The position numbers were made by a program, and so were the translations under genes. Below are positions 1 through 9,426 of a stretch of 32,023 nucleotides of DNA, in pieces. Within the stretch, counting starts at the first letter, position 1; the number at the start of each line of letters is the position of its first letter. Location of the stretch: positions 1-32,023 of the IMG/VR virus record IMGVR_UViG_3300048599_000029, one strand, 5' to 3'. The stretch is from a virus (taxonomy: Duplodnaviria > Caudoviricetes). The notes under the pieces were generated by a model that had not been told where the DNA came from, made no database searches, and saw only the letters and a program-made list of their open reading frames with translations.

Positions 1-540
1 GACCGGCGTGGCCGGGACCGCAGTGTCGCGGGTCGCGGACACGATCACCTCGGCCGACCCGAGTACCTCCCGGATGAGCACCACGATCAGCGACTGCGCC
101 GACGGGCCGGAGATCGTACGCGGCGCGACGAACCCGGCGTCGGCCACGAACGCCTCCCGTGACACTCCCGAGACCTGGACAGCCTGATCGTCGGTGAGTG
201 AGCCGTTCATACTGTCGATCCGGAACCGGCCCAGCGGCACCGACTCCTGCCCGCCGCCGGCGTAGTGCAGCGTCCAGTAGACGCGTACCTCGTGGCCGTA
301 CACACCGACCGTGCCGCCGGTCAACACCGACTCGACCCGGTACGCCTCGAGTGGCAGTTCGGGCTCGATGGTGCACGACAGCGTCCGGGACGTGATGGCC
401 GCCCGGGCGAGCGTCACGTCACCCCCAACGATCGGCAGGCCGGAGTACGCCACGACACCGGCCCTCAGCAGGTCGGCCCGGACGCTGACCTGCTGCGATG
501 AGGGCAGCGCGGCCAGGAACTCCGGAGACACGATGAGCAT
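1..540 (-). CDS. Minor tail / baseplate hub-like protein (DUF5047-like), partial, runs off the window edge
   Basis: ATG at 540 overlaps the upstream stop (TGATG). Manual translation MLIVSPEFLAALPSSQQVSVRADLL...VPLGRFRIDS...VSGVSREAFVADAGF is open to position 1. Second gene after the tape measure gene. Not in the ORF track because it has no stop in the window. Confidence 0.75.
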   Translation of the reverse strand, partial: MLIVSPEFLAALPSSQQVSVRADLLRAGVVAYSGLPIVGGDVTLARAAITSRTLSCTIEPELPLEAYRVESVLTGGTVGVYGHEVRVYWTLHYAGGGQESVPLGRFRIDSMNGSLTDDQAVQVSGVSREAFVADAGFVAPRTISGPSAQSLIVVLIREVLGSAEVIVSATRDTAVPATPV

Positions 541-1337
541 CAGGCAGGCCCCTGCGCCATCGCGAAATACGACGGGTACGCGGCCTTGAGGTCGGCGTAG
601 GTCGCGAACGTTGCCATCACCGAGCCGTAGGTCCACGTCGAACCGCCCTGCTGGCCGGCCGGGACCCGCACACGGGTGACGTCGACCTGCCAGCGGCGGA
701 ACCCGAACCCGACGAACCCGCCCGGGTTCACCGGCGTCACCGACCCGACGTAGTACCAGTCCGGCTCCAGATCCGACTCCCCCACCGGCTGCAGCAACAC
801 GACCCGGGCAGTCCTGAACAGTTCGCGGAGCGCCGCGGTCTGCGCGCCGGCGTCGGTACGCAGCACCAGCTGGCCGCTGTCGGCCGCCACACCGGACCAC
901 TGCGACACGGCGACCGCGTCCCCGCCGATCACCTGGTAGGTGCCGCCGATCGTCGGCGACGACAAGGTAGGCGAGTCGGCCAGCTGACACAACACCGACA
1001 GGTCCGGCCGGCCGGGAGCTTTCACCCACACACCCACCGAGCCGCCCACCGTCGACACGGTCGCCGACGCGGTGGCCACCACAGCCCCGGCCGCGGAGTA
1101 GCCGGTCACCTGGTACGTCACCTGCGAGGCGAGCGGCATCTCGTGGTCGACCGCCACCAGATACCCGCCAACGAGAGGCTTCTGGATCACGCCACGGACC
1201 AACACGGCCGCGCTACCCGGAACGGTGCGGGTAGCCGTCACGTACGCCGGGACGGTGCCACCCCACGTCGCCCCGTTGATGGACAGCCGCACCGACGAGG
1301 TCACCGGATCGAAGACGGCCACGAGCACGGGGGCCAC
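540..1337 (-). CDS. Minor tail protein (distal tail-like)
   Basis: 265 aa, V/T/G-rich and likely beta-rich, directly after the tape measure gene with a 1-nt stop/start overlap. Confidence 0.7.
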   Translation of the reverse strand: MAPVLVAVFDPVTSSVRLSINGATWGGTVPAYVTATRTVPGSAAVLVRGVIQKPLVGGYLVAVDHEMPLASQVTYQVTGYSAAGAVVATASATVSTVGGSVGVWVKAPGRPDLSVLCQLADSPTLSSPTIGGTYQVIGGDAVAVSQWSGVAADSGQLVLRTDAGAQTAALRELFRTARVVLLQPVGESDLEPDWYYVGSVTPVNPGGFVGFGFRRWQVDVTRVRVPAGQQGGSTWTYGSVMATFATYADLKAAYPSYFAMAQGPA

Positions 1338-4300
1338 TAGATTCCACCTCCCGGGAGTGCGTAGCGGACGGCGCCCGCCTCGGCTGCGAGGCTGGCCTGA
1401 ACGATCGCCGAGACCGGCTTGCCGTCCACCAGCAGCGTTAGGGAGAGCCGGCTGAACGCCGCAGCGAGATCCGCAGCGCTGAACCCGCCCGAGCCGATCG
1501 CCTGCTGCGTCTGCGACGCGGTGAGGATCACGCCCGACACGGCCGGCCGGAACAGCTCGATGCCCTGCTCGTTGACCTGGTACAGCTCGCCGGCGTACAC
1601 CGGGCCACCGACGGCCTTCTTCTTCGGCTTCGCCTTGGTCGTGACCGACGTGCCGACCACGACCTTGCCGAGCGCGGAAGCGAGCGAGCCGGCCAGTTGC
1701 TCACCGAGCGAGGCCAGCGACCCACCTAGGGTGTCCACGACGCCCTTGGCTGCCGCCAGCCCACCCTGGTAGGCGGAGTCCGTCACGAACTCGGCCGCAC
1801 CCTTGCTGTACGCGGTCAGCTGGTCGTAGGCCGAGTTCATCAGGCCGATCTGCGAGTTGTCCTGCAGGTACATGTCGGCGATCGAGATGGCCTCATTCAC
1901 GTCCGAGCCAGCGACCGAGGCGATCTCCTGCAGGAACGCGGTGTTCGCGCCCAGCCGCTGCAGCTGGCCCAGCTTGGTGGCCAGTGTGCCGAGCTTGGCC
2001 GCCTCCGCAGACTTCCGCGCCGTGATCGACCCGGCGGTCGCGTCCGCCCCGGTTGTCTCCGTCTCGTACCAGATGTTCCCGTTCGCATCCGACCGCATCA
2101 CGTCGGTCGAGGTGAGCGTTGATTGGGCGAGATCAGCCAACGACGAGCCCGCGCGCGACAGGTTGCTGTAGACGTCGTCGTAGATGCCCTGGACCGTGTC
2201 CAGGGTCGACTTCGCCTCGTTGAGTTGCGAGGTCAGCGAGCCGAGCGTCTTTTCGTACGACAGTGCCGCCGACTTCAGCTTGGCGCGGGCCGCCTTCGAC
2301 AGGGCGGAGTTGTCGGCCCAATCCAGCATGGTGTCGACCTGCGAGAGTCCGGATCCGGACGCCACGTCGGACGGGATTGTGCCGCGGCGCACCCACGTCT
2401 GGAGCTCGGCGAGCAGCGAGGCGCGCGCCTCTGCGTCGGCCTTAGCCTGGGCCTTCCGCTTCTTCGCGGCACCGCCCCCTGCGTAATGCTCGACCGCGCC
2501 GCCGTCCGCGAACCGGTAGACGCCGGCGTGTAGGCCGCGGCGGAACCGGTACACCTCAGCCTGCCCGCCCATCTGGAGGACGTCGGCGGCGGTGAGCACG
2601 TGCTCGCCATTCGACAGCTTCGCGTCGATCGAGTCCGAGGTCGCCGTTCCCGCACCCCACACCGCGCCGCCGCCGGCCAGCTTCGGGCCACCCTGCCGCT
2701 TGGTGTTGAAGTGCAGAACCCACTCGTCCTGCATGAGCTTCGGGTAGATCTTCGGGTACTTGTCGGCGAGCTTGGCCTTCTCCCAGTCCTGTATGCCGCC
2801 ACGGTTCAGCAGCGACTCGATCCACGCCTCAGCGGTGTCCCCGTCGATCTTGTCGAGGGCTTCATACGCGCCGTCGATTCCGTCGCTGTCGAATGCCGAC
2901 AGCACCCGGGTCTGCGCCGACTTCGGCAGTCCCTTGATCGAGGCCTTGAGGCTGTCGAGTTGGGTCGATGCGAGGCCCGCACCTGTCACCGACATATCGG
3001 TGTTGACCGATACCGGGACGAGTCCGTACTCGGCGATCATCGACGAGATCGCGGTCTCGGTGAATCCCATCTGCCGCGCCTGATCCGCAAACGCTTTGCG
3101 GCCGTCTTCCATCGCAGTGTTCACGGCCTTCTGGCCCTTGCGCTGCTCGAGCAGCTTCTGGGTGTGCGCGATCGTCGTGGACGCGATCTTGTCCAGCGTC
3201 GTCTGCGCCTCGCGGCCAGCCTTCGTGTCGAGGTCAGTCAGGTCCTTCTTGTTCTTCGTCTCCTTGACGAGCTTGCGCGTCGCGGCCGCAGTGTCGTCGA
3301 GCATCGCCTTATAGCCGATCGTGGAACCGGACAAGGCAAGCGCTTGGTTAGCCGACTCCCACAGAGCCTTCGCATAGTCGGAAATCGAAGCCGTCGCGCC
3401 AATGGCGGCCTGCTGCGTGTCCGCCAGCTTGTCGACCAGTTCAGGATGGGCGGCCGCCGCCAGCTTGACCGCCGTGGGCACCTTGCCCGACATCCAGTCG
3501 GCGTACTCCTTCGTGGTCAGGCCGGTCTCGCCGAGCTGAACCGCGGTGGACTGGAGCGACGCCTTGTACTCGGGGAACAGCTTGATCAGGTCGTCCATGC
3601 TCACGCCCTGCGCCTCCGCGCCCTCGCGGATCTTCGCGAACGCAGTCTGCGCCTGGGTGGAGTCCATCGCGGCAAGCGACTGATCCAACTTGTTGGTCTG
3701 ATCCTTGAGTTCCGTGATCGCCGTCTTCGACCCGGCGAGGCCTGCGATGGTCTGCTGAAGGCCGGACGTGAAGTTCCCCCAGCCAGACGAAGCGTCCGCC
3801 ACCTGCTTGATCGCGTCTCCGAAGCCCTTGGCCTGAGACGTGCCGGCCTCCCACAAGAAGAAGCGGCCCTGCACCTTGCCGAACTCGGTGTCGAGCTTCG
3901 CCAAGCCGTGCTCGCCGGCGTCCGCTGCGGCGGCACCCATGTCGCCCAGCGACCCGGACGCCTTGTCGATGCCGTCCTGGATCGACGAGCCGATGATCGA
4001 CACGACCTGCAGCGCGGCCAGGGCGATCGCCGTGCGTCGGGCAGCCTTGCCCACCTTGTCGATCCCCGACGCCACCTTCGGATGCTCTTGGCCGAGCGCC
4101 TCCATGCCGGTGCGGTAGTCCGACCAGGCGACAGCCCCCTTGGCGACCAGCGACGTGCCAATCATGAGCACGCCCCCAAGCGCCGTCAGCGAGGCTGCCC
4201 CGGTGAGTACGGGCGCAGGCAGTTCGCCGATGACGTTCACCAGACCGGTGGCGTTCTGGGTCATGCCGCGCAGGGCGTCGTTCAGGCCCGAGCCGGACTG

Positions 4301-5362
4301 GATCGCGACAGTGTCGAGTGAGCCAGAGAGTCGCTCCAGGTCGCCGGAAAGGTTGTCGGTGAGAACTGCGGCTTGACGTGCCGCGAAGCCGGCGTCCGAA
4401 ACGTTCGCGATCCACTTCTGGATGCCCTCTGAACCCTCCGAGTAGAGCACACCCGCGGCGCGGACAGCATCCGAGCCGAACATGACCGAGAGTGCTGAGT
4501 TGCGTGCCGCGGGCGAAAGCTTGCCGAGCTTGTCGTGCAGTTGGCCCGCGTAGTCTGCGAGGCCGACGAAGTTTCCCGACGAGTCGTAGGCCGAGAGCCC
4601 GAGGGCGGTCATCATCTTCTGCGCCTCGGCAGACTGCGGAGTCAGCCGCTGAAGCATCGTCTTGAGGCTCGTCCCGGCATCGGAGCCGAGCAGGCCCTGC
4701 TGTGCGAACGCCGAGAGGGCGGCCGTCGTCTCGTCGATCGTGAGCCCCGTCTGGTGCGCGACGAGACCGCCCTGACCGAGTGCCATGGCCAGGTCGGATA
4801 CCTCGCCCATCGCCTTGTTCGCGCCGGCCGCGAGCAGGTCAGCGACGTGGCTTGCGTCGGATCCGTCGAGGCCGAACTGCATCAGGGCGGTGGACATGTC
4901 CTCGGCAGCCGCTTTCACGTCCATCTCTCCAGCAGCGGCCAACGAGAGTGACCCGGCGAGACCACCCCCGAGGATGTCCGATACCGAGAGTCCGGCCTTC
5001 GCTAGATCGGTGATCGCATCGGCTGCCTCAGCAGCGGAGTACTGCGTGTCCGCGCCGGCCCGGATCGCCGCTTCCCGAAGCTCATCGATCCGTGCCGCAG
5101 CCTCGCCGCCCTGTGCCCGGATCGTTGACAGCGACTTGTCGAAGCTCGCGAAGCTCTTCGCCGCGAGGGCGGACAGGCCGAGCAGGCTTGTTCCCATCAG
5201 CCCGATCTGGGTCGAGACCGCGCTCCACTCCGACCGGTTCTTCTGGATCGACTTCGACGTCGTGTCGGCGAAGCTCTTGATGTCGTTCCGGCCCTTGCGG
5301 AGCTTCCCCTGCAGGTCGGTAATATCACCCTTGACGCGTAGATAGGTGGTGCGATCAGTCAC
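1337..5362 (-). CDS. Tape measure protein
   Basis: 1341 aa, Ala-rich. TP901-type core (YSAAEAADAITDLAKAG, GSDAGTSLKTML, DNLSGDLERLSGS), C-terminal AGGG...SDSIDAKLSNGEHV motif, GGAGGTG RBS before the GTG start. Confidence 0.95.
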   Translation of the reverse strand: MTDRTTYLRVKGDITDLQGKLRKGRNDIKSFADTTSKSIQKNRSEWSAVSTQIGLMGTSLLGLSALAAKSFASFDKSLSTIRAQGGEAAARIDELREAAIRAGADTQYSAAEAADAITDLAKAGLSVSDILGGGLAGSLSLAAAGEMDVKAAAEDMSTALMQFGLDGSDASHVADLLAAGANKAMGEVSDLAMALGQGGLVAHQTGLTIDETTAALSAFAQQGLLGSDAGTSLKTMLQRLTPQSAEAQKMMTALGLSAYDSSGNFVGLADYAGQLHDKLGKLSPAARNSALSVMFGSDAVRAAGVLYSEGSEGIQKWIANVSDAGFAARQAAVLTDNLSGDLERLSGSLDTVAIQSGSGLNDALRGMTQNATGLVNVIGELPAPVLTGAASLTALGGVLMIGTSLVAKGAVAWSDYRTGMEALGQEHPKVASGIDKVGKAARRTAIALAALQVVSIIGSSIQDGIDKASGSLGDMGAAAADAGEHGLAKLDTEFGKVQGRFFLWEAGTSQAKGFGDAIKQVADASSGWGNFTSGLQQTIAGLAGSKTAITELKDQTNKLDQSLAAMDSTQAQTAFAKIREGAEAQGVSMDDLIKLFPEYKASLQSTAVQLGETGLTTKEYADWMSGKVPTAVKLAAAAHPELVDKLADTQQAAIGATASISDYAKALWESANQALALSGSTIGYKAMLDDTAAATRKLVKETKNKKDLTDLDTKAGREAQTTLDKIASTTIAHTQKLLEQRKGQKAVNTAMEDGRKAFADQARQMGFTETAISSMIAEYGLVPVSVNTDMSVTGAGLASTQLDSLKASIKGLPKSAQTRVLSAFDSDGIDGAYEALDKIDGDTAEAWIESLLNRGGIQDWEKAKLADKYPKIYPKLMQDEWVLHFNTKRQGGPKLAGGGAVWGAGTATSDSIDAKLSNGEHVLTAADVLQMGGQAEVYRFRRGLHAGVYRFADGGAVEHYAGGGAAKKRKAQAKADAEARASLLAELQTWVRRGTIPSDVASGSGLSQVDTMLDWADNSALSKAARAKLKSAALSYEKTLGSLTSQLNEAKSTLDTVQGIYDDVYSNLSRAGSSLADLAQSTLTSTDVMRSDANGNIWYETETTGADATAGSITARKSAEAAKLGTLATKLGQLQRLGANTAFLQEIASVAGSDVNEAISIADMYLQDNSQIGLMNSAYDQLTAYSKGAAEFVTDSAYQGGLAAAKGVVDTLGGSLASLGEQLAGSLASALGKVVVGTSVTTKAKPKKKAVGGPVYAGELYQVNEQGIELFRPAVSGVILTASQTQQAIGSGGFSAADLAAAFSRLSLTLLVDGKPVSAIVQASLAAEAGAVRYALPGGGI

Positions 5363-5397
5363 GATTCACCTCCGGCGCGAAAGGAAGAGAGACGGGA

Positions 5398-5691
5398 ATG
5401 CCGAATCTTGGCGGGTTTGAATGGCTACTCCTGCCGGTGCTGCTCATCGCACTGGTGGTCTGGCTGATCGTGCGAAGCGTCCGCAAGCGCGGATCTGTGG
5501 CCCGAACGCAGGCATCCCTCGACCCGAACGCGATCGGCGCACAACTGTTCACGGGGGCGCCTACGGCCACATATCAACTGGCTCCAGACGCTCTACCGTT
5601 CGAGGTAGTTGTCGCTCAGGCGCTTCAGCGCGGGTATCGTCTGGAGGCGCAGAGCCCGACCGGCGCTCTGGTATTCAGCCGCCAGTCTTGA
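5398..5691 (+). CDS. Small membrane-anchored protein on the opposite strand (moron-like)
   Basis: 97 aa. N-terminal hydrophobic helix (WLLLPVLLIALVVWLIV) followed by basic RSVRKR. Purine-rich leader. Fills the gap between the chaperone and tape measure genes; visibly less GC-rich than its flanks. Confidence 0.75.
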   Translation: MPNLGGFEWLLLPVLLIALVVWLIVRSVRKRGSVARTQASLDPNAIGAQLFTGAPTATYQLAPDALPFEVVVAQALQRGYRLEAQSPTGALVFSRQS

Positions 5692-6091
5692 TCTTCACCG
5701 GCCACGACAGTGCCTGCTCGAACGGAGCGTGGGCGCTGTCGAGGTACTCCTTCTGGCCGCGCATCATCGCGGTGGTCGCGTGGCACCTCACCGGCGACGC
5801 GGGCTCGTACAGCACCTCAGCGTCCGAGCTCTGGCACATCCACTTCGGACGACCACAAACCGGGCACTGCTCGGTCCGGCGGTACTCGGCGAGCCCGAGC
5901 ATCCACGCCTGCTCGGTCACGTCCCACTCCGGCTCTGGACGGGAGGAGATCAGCCGGCCGGCGTCGTCGTAGGTGTAGGCCGTCGTCGGTTCCCAGCCGA
6001 GGAAGCGGCGGTAGGAAATCCCCAGCCGCTCGGCGGTTTCTAGCTCTTGTCGGAGGCCCGCATCATGAGCGATGCGAGCCGCGATTTTGGG
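5675..6091 (-). CDS. Tail assembly chaperone, frameshifted C-terminal part (G-T-like)
   Basis: The -1 frame reads PKIAARIAHDAGLRQELETAERLGISYRRFLGWEP...CPVCG and is entered at the CCCAAAA slippery site. Confidence 0.8.
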   Translation of the reverse strand, partial: PKIAARIAHDAGLRQELETAERLGISYRRFLGWEPTTAYTYDDAGRLISSRPEPEWDVTEQAWMLGLAEYRRTEQCPVCGRPKWMCQSSDAEVLYEPASPVRCHATTAMMRGQKEYLDSAHAPFEQALSWPVKIKTGG

Positions 6092-6588
6092 GCACCAACT
6101 CGATTCTGGTTGAGCTCCTTGAGCTTCTCGGCGAAGCGTGTCCACTGCGCCAGCGTCATGGTCTTGACTTCGTCGTCCCAGTCGCTCGCCGCATCGAACT
6201 CGATCGGGCTGCCGTCGGCGACACGGGTCACAGACGCAACGACGTCCGGTTCTCGCATCACTGCGTTGATGAACGCCCAGTAGTCGGCGTCCGACATCTC
6301 GGTCTGCGTGTCGTCGTCCGTGGTGTTCTCGGCGCGAAGCTCAAGCCAGCGCTTCGCCGGGATTGCAGACAGGTCGAACGCGACACCGGAAGCGTCCATC
6401 TGCTGCTCGAGTTCGATGATCTGCCGCGCGAGATCCTGCTTCGGGTCGCCGACCTCTCGGTCGTCCTTGACGCCCACGGTCTGCAACGTGGCGAGTTCGG
6501 CTTGGAGCCGTTCCCACTCGCGCATCCCGTCCAGGTTGGTCCAGTGGATGAGCCGTCCGGTTGCGAGCTTCGCTCCGAGTTTCGACAT
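6040..6588 (-). CDS. Tail assembly chaperone (G-like)
   Basis: Start MSKLGAK at 6588 after a GGAGAGG RBS, 182 aa, between the major tail and tape measure genes, carries the slippery site. Confidence 0.85.
   Translation of the reverse strand: MSKLGAKLATGRLIHWTNLDGMREWERLQAELATLQTVGVKDDREVGDPKQDLARQIIELEQQMDASGVAFDLSAIPAKRWLELRAENTTDDDTQTEMSDADYWAFINAVMREPDVVASVTRVADGSPIEFDAASDWDDEVKTMTLAQWTRFAEKLKELNQNRVGAPKSRLASLMMRASDKS
6085..6091 (-). other. Programmed -1 frameshift slippery heptamer C CCA AAA
   Basis: XXXYYYZ heptamer in the correct phase near the end of the chaperone ORF (GGT GCC CCA AAA TCG). A -1 slip gives CCC AAA ATC GCG, the downstream open frame. Confidence 0.8.
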
Positions 6589-6626
6589 TGGGGTTCCTCT
6601 CCTTCCCTCTCCTGCTGGTGAATGTG

Positions 6627-6664
6627 GCCTGCCCGCCGCCGGAGAGGGTGGGCGGCGGGCAGGC
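6627..6664 (-). terminator. Stem-loop after the major tail gene
   Basis: Perfect 14-bp inverted repeat GCCTGCCCGCCGCC / GGCGGCGGGCAGGC with a 10-nt loop. No U-tract, so it could be a terminator or an mRNA stabiliser. Confidence 0.65.
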
Positions 6665-6677
6665 TGCTGGGGGTGGG

Positions 6678-7190
6678 TCAGGCGACGAGCGCGACGTCCT
6701 GGGCGTAGTCCTGGATGAACAGCGGGAACGTGGAGCGGAACACCGAGTTCGCCTCGGGCGCGATCCGCTGCTTCTTGCCGACGATGCACTTCCACACGTC
6801 GACGATCTGCGCGGCGGCCGGGGCGGTCGAGAACAGCACCCCGTGACGGCGGACGATGTACACCGTCGCTCCGGGGGTGAGCGCGGTCACCGCATCGTTC
6901 GCGGTCGCCGACAGCGCGGTGCCGGTGTTGTCGATCACCGTGATGCTGGGGTTGTCGACCGTGACCCGGCCCGGCGCCTGCGCGGTGAACGTGTCACACT
7001 CGCGGTCGTCGGAGATGCTGGCCTGGGACGGGGTCAGGTTGAAGCCGCCGGCGGTGATGTAGCACGAGATGTGCTTCGAACTGGCAGCCGAGATCTCGGT
7101 CGCAGCCTTGGGTGCGGTGATCGTGGCGATCTCGGTGACGATGTCCGTGCGGACCATGCCGTCAACGGGCACGCTGGGAATGTTGGACAT
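6678..7190 (-). CDS. Major tail (tube) protein
   Basis: 170 aa with ISCYIT, DDREC...APGR and YIVRRHG motifs typical of actinophage tail tube proteins; expected gene position. Confidence 0.85.
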   Translation of the reverse strand: MSNIPSVPVDGMVRTDIVTEIATITAPKAATEISAASSKHISCYITAGGFNLTPSQASISDDRECDTFTAQAPGRVTVDNPSITVIDNTGTALSATANDAVTALTPGATVYIVRRHGVLFSTAPAAAQIVDVWKCIVGKKQRIAPEANSVFRSTFPLFIQDYAQDVALVA

Positions 7191-7192
7191 GC

Positions 7193-7423
7193 CTACTCCT
7201 TCGGTTCAGTGGCGTCCTGCGGCGCCGAGGGCTCGGGCGCCGACTGATCCGACCGATCGGCGGCCGGAGACTTGGGGATGTGGTGCAGCGGCGGCCGCTC
7301 GATCTCGGACGGCGGCCAGCGCTTCGAGTTCAGCGGGATGAGCAGGCCCTGCTCGATCAGTGGATCGTTCTCGGGCCGGTCGAACTGGTGACCCGAGTCC
7401 GGGTCCTTGACGCGCACGAACAT
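7193..7423 (-). CDS. Hypothetical small protein in the tail module
   Basis: 76 aa, strong AGGAGGTG RBS, fills the gap between flanking genes. Confidence 0.7.
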   Translation of the reverse strand: MFVRVKDPDSGHQFDRPENDPLIEQGLLIPLNSKRWPPSEIERPPLHHIPKSPAADRSDQSAPEPSAPQDATEPKE

Positions 7424-7462
7424 GCGGCACCTCCTCGGTGTCGGGTTGGCTGGGTGGAAGGT

Positions 7463-7867
7463 TCAGGCGGTGCGGGAGGCCGTGAACCGCCAGGTGGCGC
7501 GCACCACCTGGTAGCGCAGGTTCGTGTCGAGCGCGGTCAGGCCGGCGGCGTACGGTCCGCGGACGCTCGGCGGCTGCAACGCGCCGATCTGCCATCCGTC
7601 GGCCGTCAGCGTTGCACCGGTGAACGCCCGGCAGGCCTCGTCGAGCCAGTAGTTCGCCTGGTCCTCGGTGAGCGCGGCGATCGTGACCGTCAGCGCATCC
7701 GTGAACGCCACCGGGAGCGACGCTTCGGAGATCTCCGTCTCCTGCCGCTCGAAGCTGGTCACCAGCCACGGCGCGTCCGGCTCGCCGGGAGCTTGGCCGG
7801 CGTGGTGGTTGATGCCGTCCGGGCGGAGCGCGCGGACCGCGTTGTGCAGATCGATGATCGTGGTCAC
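7463..7867 (-). CDS. Tail terminator / tail completion protein
   Basis: 134 aa, GTGA-coupled to the upstream gene; size and position before the major tail gene fit. Confidence 0.65.
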   Translation of the reverse strand: MTTIIDLHNAVRALRPDGINHHAGQAPGEPDAPWLVTSFERQETEISEASLPVAFTDALTVTIAALTEDQANYWLDEACRAFTGATLTADGWQIGALQPPSVRGPYAAGLTALDTNLRYQVVRATWRFTASRTA

Positions 7868-8250
7868 AGCAGGCCCAGCGCGATCTGGATCTCCGCCTCG
7901 AGACGCGGCGCCTCATGGTCGAGCGCTGGCTGAATGTCGACCGTGCCACCGCCGCCGTTCGCGCCACCCTCGACGGCGATCCCGGCCAGCGAGCCGGCGT
8001 CTCCGTCGGGTGTCGGGCCGATCTCGTAGCCGAGCGTTCCAGATAGCAGACCGATCCGGTCGTACGAGACGTCCCGGGCGATGCTGCGGAAGTGCTTGGA
8101 TGCGCCGAAGATCTGCTGCATCTCGGTCTTGATGTTCTGGGCGCCGCGCTTCATGACCGGCTCGATCGCGTCCACTGCGGCGGCGCCCTTCGCGCCCAAC
8201 TCGGCAGCAGCGGCGAGCACGTCCGAGACGTCCACAGTCATGCCGTCCAT
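7864..8250 (-). CDS. Neck protein (HK97 gp10-like)
   Basis: 128 aa, KRGAQNIK...ISYD-like...YEIGP...GSLAGIAVEG pattern; gene order. Confidence 0.7.
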   Translation of the reverse strand: MDGMTVDVSDVLAAAAELGAKGAAAVDAIEPVMKRGAQNIKTEMQQIFGASKHFRSIARDVSYDRIGLLSGTLGYEIGPTPDGDAGSLAGIAVEGGANGGGGTVDIQPALDHEAPRLEAEIQIALGLL

Positions 8251-8651
8251 CAGTCCTCCACCGGGATGCGGTAGGCGGTCACAGCCGAGCCGACGACCCG
8301 GCCTTTGACGACCGTCCGGGCGCCCACCAGATGCGGGTTCAGGGTGCTGGCCGTGCAGACGATCACGTCTCCCGGCTGCGGCACGTACGGGGTGCTGGTG
8401 GGAACGTGCACTTCGCCCGGAGTGCTGGAGATCACGGCCGTTCCCGCCGTGTCGGTGGTGGTGGCCTGCGACGTGGCCGGCTTCCAGCGGGCCTTGCCCG
8501 AGTAGACCGGCTCACCTGCGGCTACAACCTGCCCGGTTGCGGGATCGGTGGTGACAGCGCCCGGACGGGTGATAGTGATCGTGTCCAACATCATCGACTC
8601 GGCCTGGGCGCGCAGGACGGGCAGGGTGCGGGCGATCTCATCGCCGAGCAT
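8250..8651 (-). CDS. Head-to-tail stopper (DUF6093-like)
   Basis: Start MLGDEIAR at 8651. AESMMLDTITITRP...DPATG...VYSGKAR motif. Confidence 0.75.
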   Translation of the reverse strand: MLGDEIARTLPVLRAQAESMMLDTITITRPGAVTTDPATGQVVAAGEPVYSGKARWKPATSQATTTDTAGTAVISSTPGEVHVPTSTPYVPQPGDVIVCTASTLNPHLVGARTVVKGRVVGSAVTAYRIPVED

Positions 8652-9015
8652 GGTCCAGCCTGATCGTGAACGCTCCGCCACTCGCGGCAGGTAGGAGCAT
8701 GTTCCACATCCACGGTTGGATTTCGAGTTGCCCGGTTCCGGATTCGTAGGTGCGGGACACTTGGCCGTCGTCTACGCTCACCGAGACTTGGGTGGCCGAG
8801 TCGGGCCGCTTGATTCGGTTGGAGACCGATTCACGGACGACCAGGTTGAGGGCATCGGGGTCGAGGCTGGCCAGGTCGAGGTTCGAGGTTCCGTCGGGCC
8901 CGTGTCTGATGATCGTCGGCGCGTCGGTGATCCACAGCGCCGCCTGCGCGCGTTCCTCCGTGGTGAGGGTGCGACCCACGGCCGTCTGCACCTCGTCCAC
9001 CGTCACTGTCACCAT
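8638..9015 (-). CDS. Head-to-tail adaptor
   Basis: 125 aa, RPDSATQVSVSVDDGQVSRTY...GAFTIR pattern; gene order. Confidence 0.75.
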   Translation of the reverse strand: MVTVTVDEVQTAVGRTLTTEERAQAALWITDAPTIIRHGPDGTSNLDLASLDPDALNLVVRESVSNRIKRPDSATQVSVSVDDGQVSRTYESGTGQLEIQPWMWNMLLPAASGGAFTIRLDHARR

Positions 9016-9032
9016 GGGTCACCCCCTCGTGG

Positions 9033-9353
9033 TCAGTTCTGGTCGGCGCCGGTATCGGCGTCGCCTGTGGCTGCTGCGGAGTCCTGTTCGGCGGCCCGGA
9101 TGGCTGCCAGGATGTCGTCCTTCTTCGACGCGCCGGCGAGGTCGATGCTGCGCTCGGTGGCGTACGCCTTGAGCTCGGGCAGCTTGAGTGCGGCCAGCGG
9201 GTCGGTGTCGGCCGCTTCCGCGGTGCTGCGCTCGGTGACGTGTTCGCCGACGGTGACGTTGTTGGGGACGTCCTGGCCTGCGATGAGGGTGACGACATGA
9301 CCGTCTTCGGTGTAGGCGGTGACGACACCTTCGAGATCGCTGCGGATCTTCAC
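9033..9353 (-). CDS. Small head-associated protein with a C-terminal HeH/Rho-N-like motif
   Basis: LKLPELKAYATERSIDLAGASKKDDILAAI; located just after the major capsid gene. Confidence 0.7.
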   Translation of the reverse strand: MKIRSDLEGVVTAYTEDGHVVTLIAGQDVPNNVTVGEHVTERSTAEAADTDPLAALKLPELKAYATERSIDLAGASKKDDILAAIRAAEQDSAAATGDADTGADQN

Positions 9354-9388
9354 GTGCTCCTCCAGTTCAGTGTTGGGTTGCCTCGGGT

Positions 9389-9418
9389 GAGGGCCGGGGC
9401 GGGTGTGCCCCGGCCCTC
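9389..9418 (-). terminator. Stem-loop after the major capsid gene
   Basis: Perfect 12-bp inverted repeat GAGGGCCGGGGC / GCCCCGGCCCTC with a 6-nt loop, 8 nt after the stop. Confidence 0.65.
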
Positions 9419-9426
9419 TGTATCCG

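Noticed and set aside
2600-4321. Long plus-strand ORFs (573 aa here; also 10885-12513, 12179-13528, 30089-31285)
   Set aside because: Antisense shadows of GC3-rich minus-strand genes, with R/G/L/V-biased composition and no recognisable motifs.
5355-5570. Minus-strand 71-aa ORF before the tape measure gene
   Set aside because: Shadow of the better supported plus-strand membrane gene; no RBS or motif.
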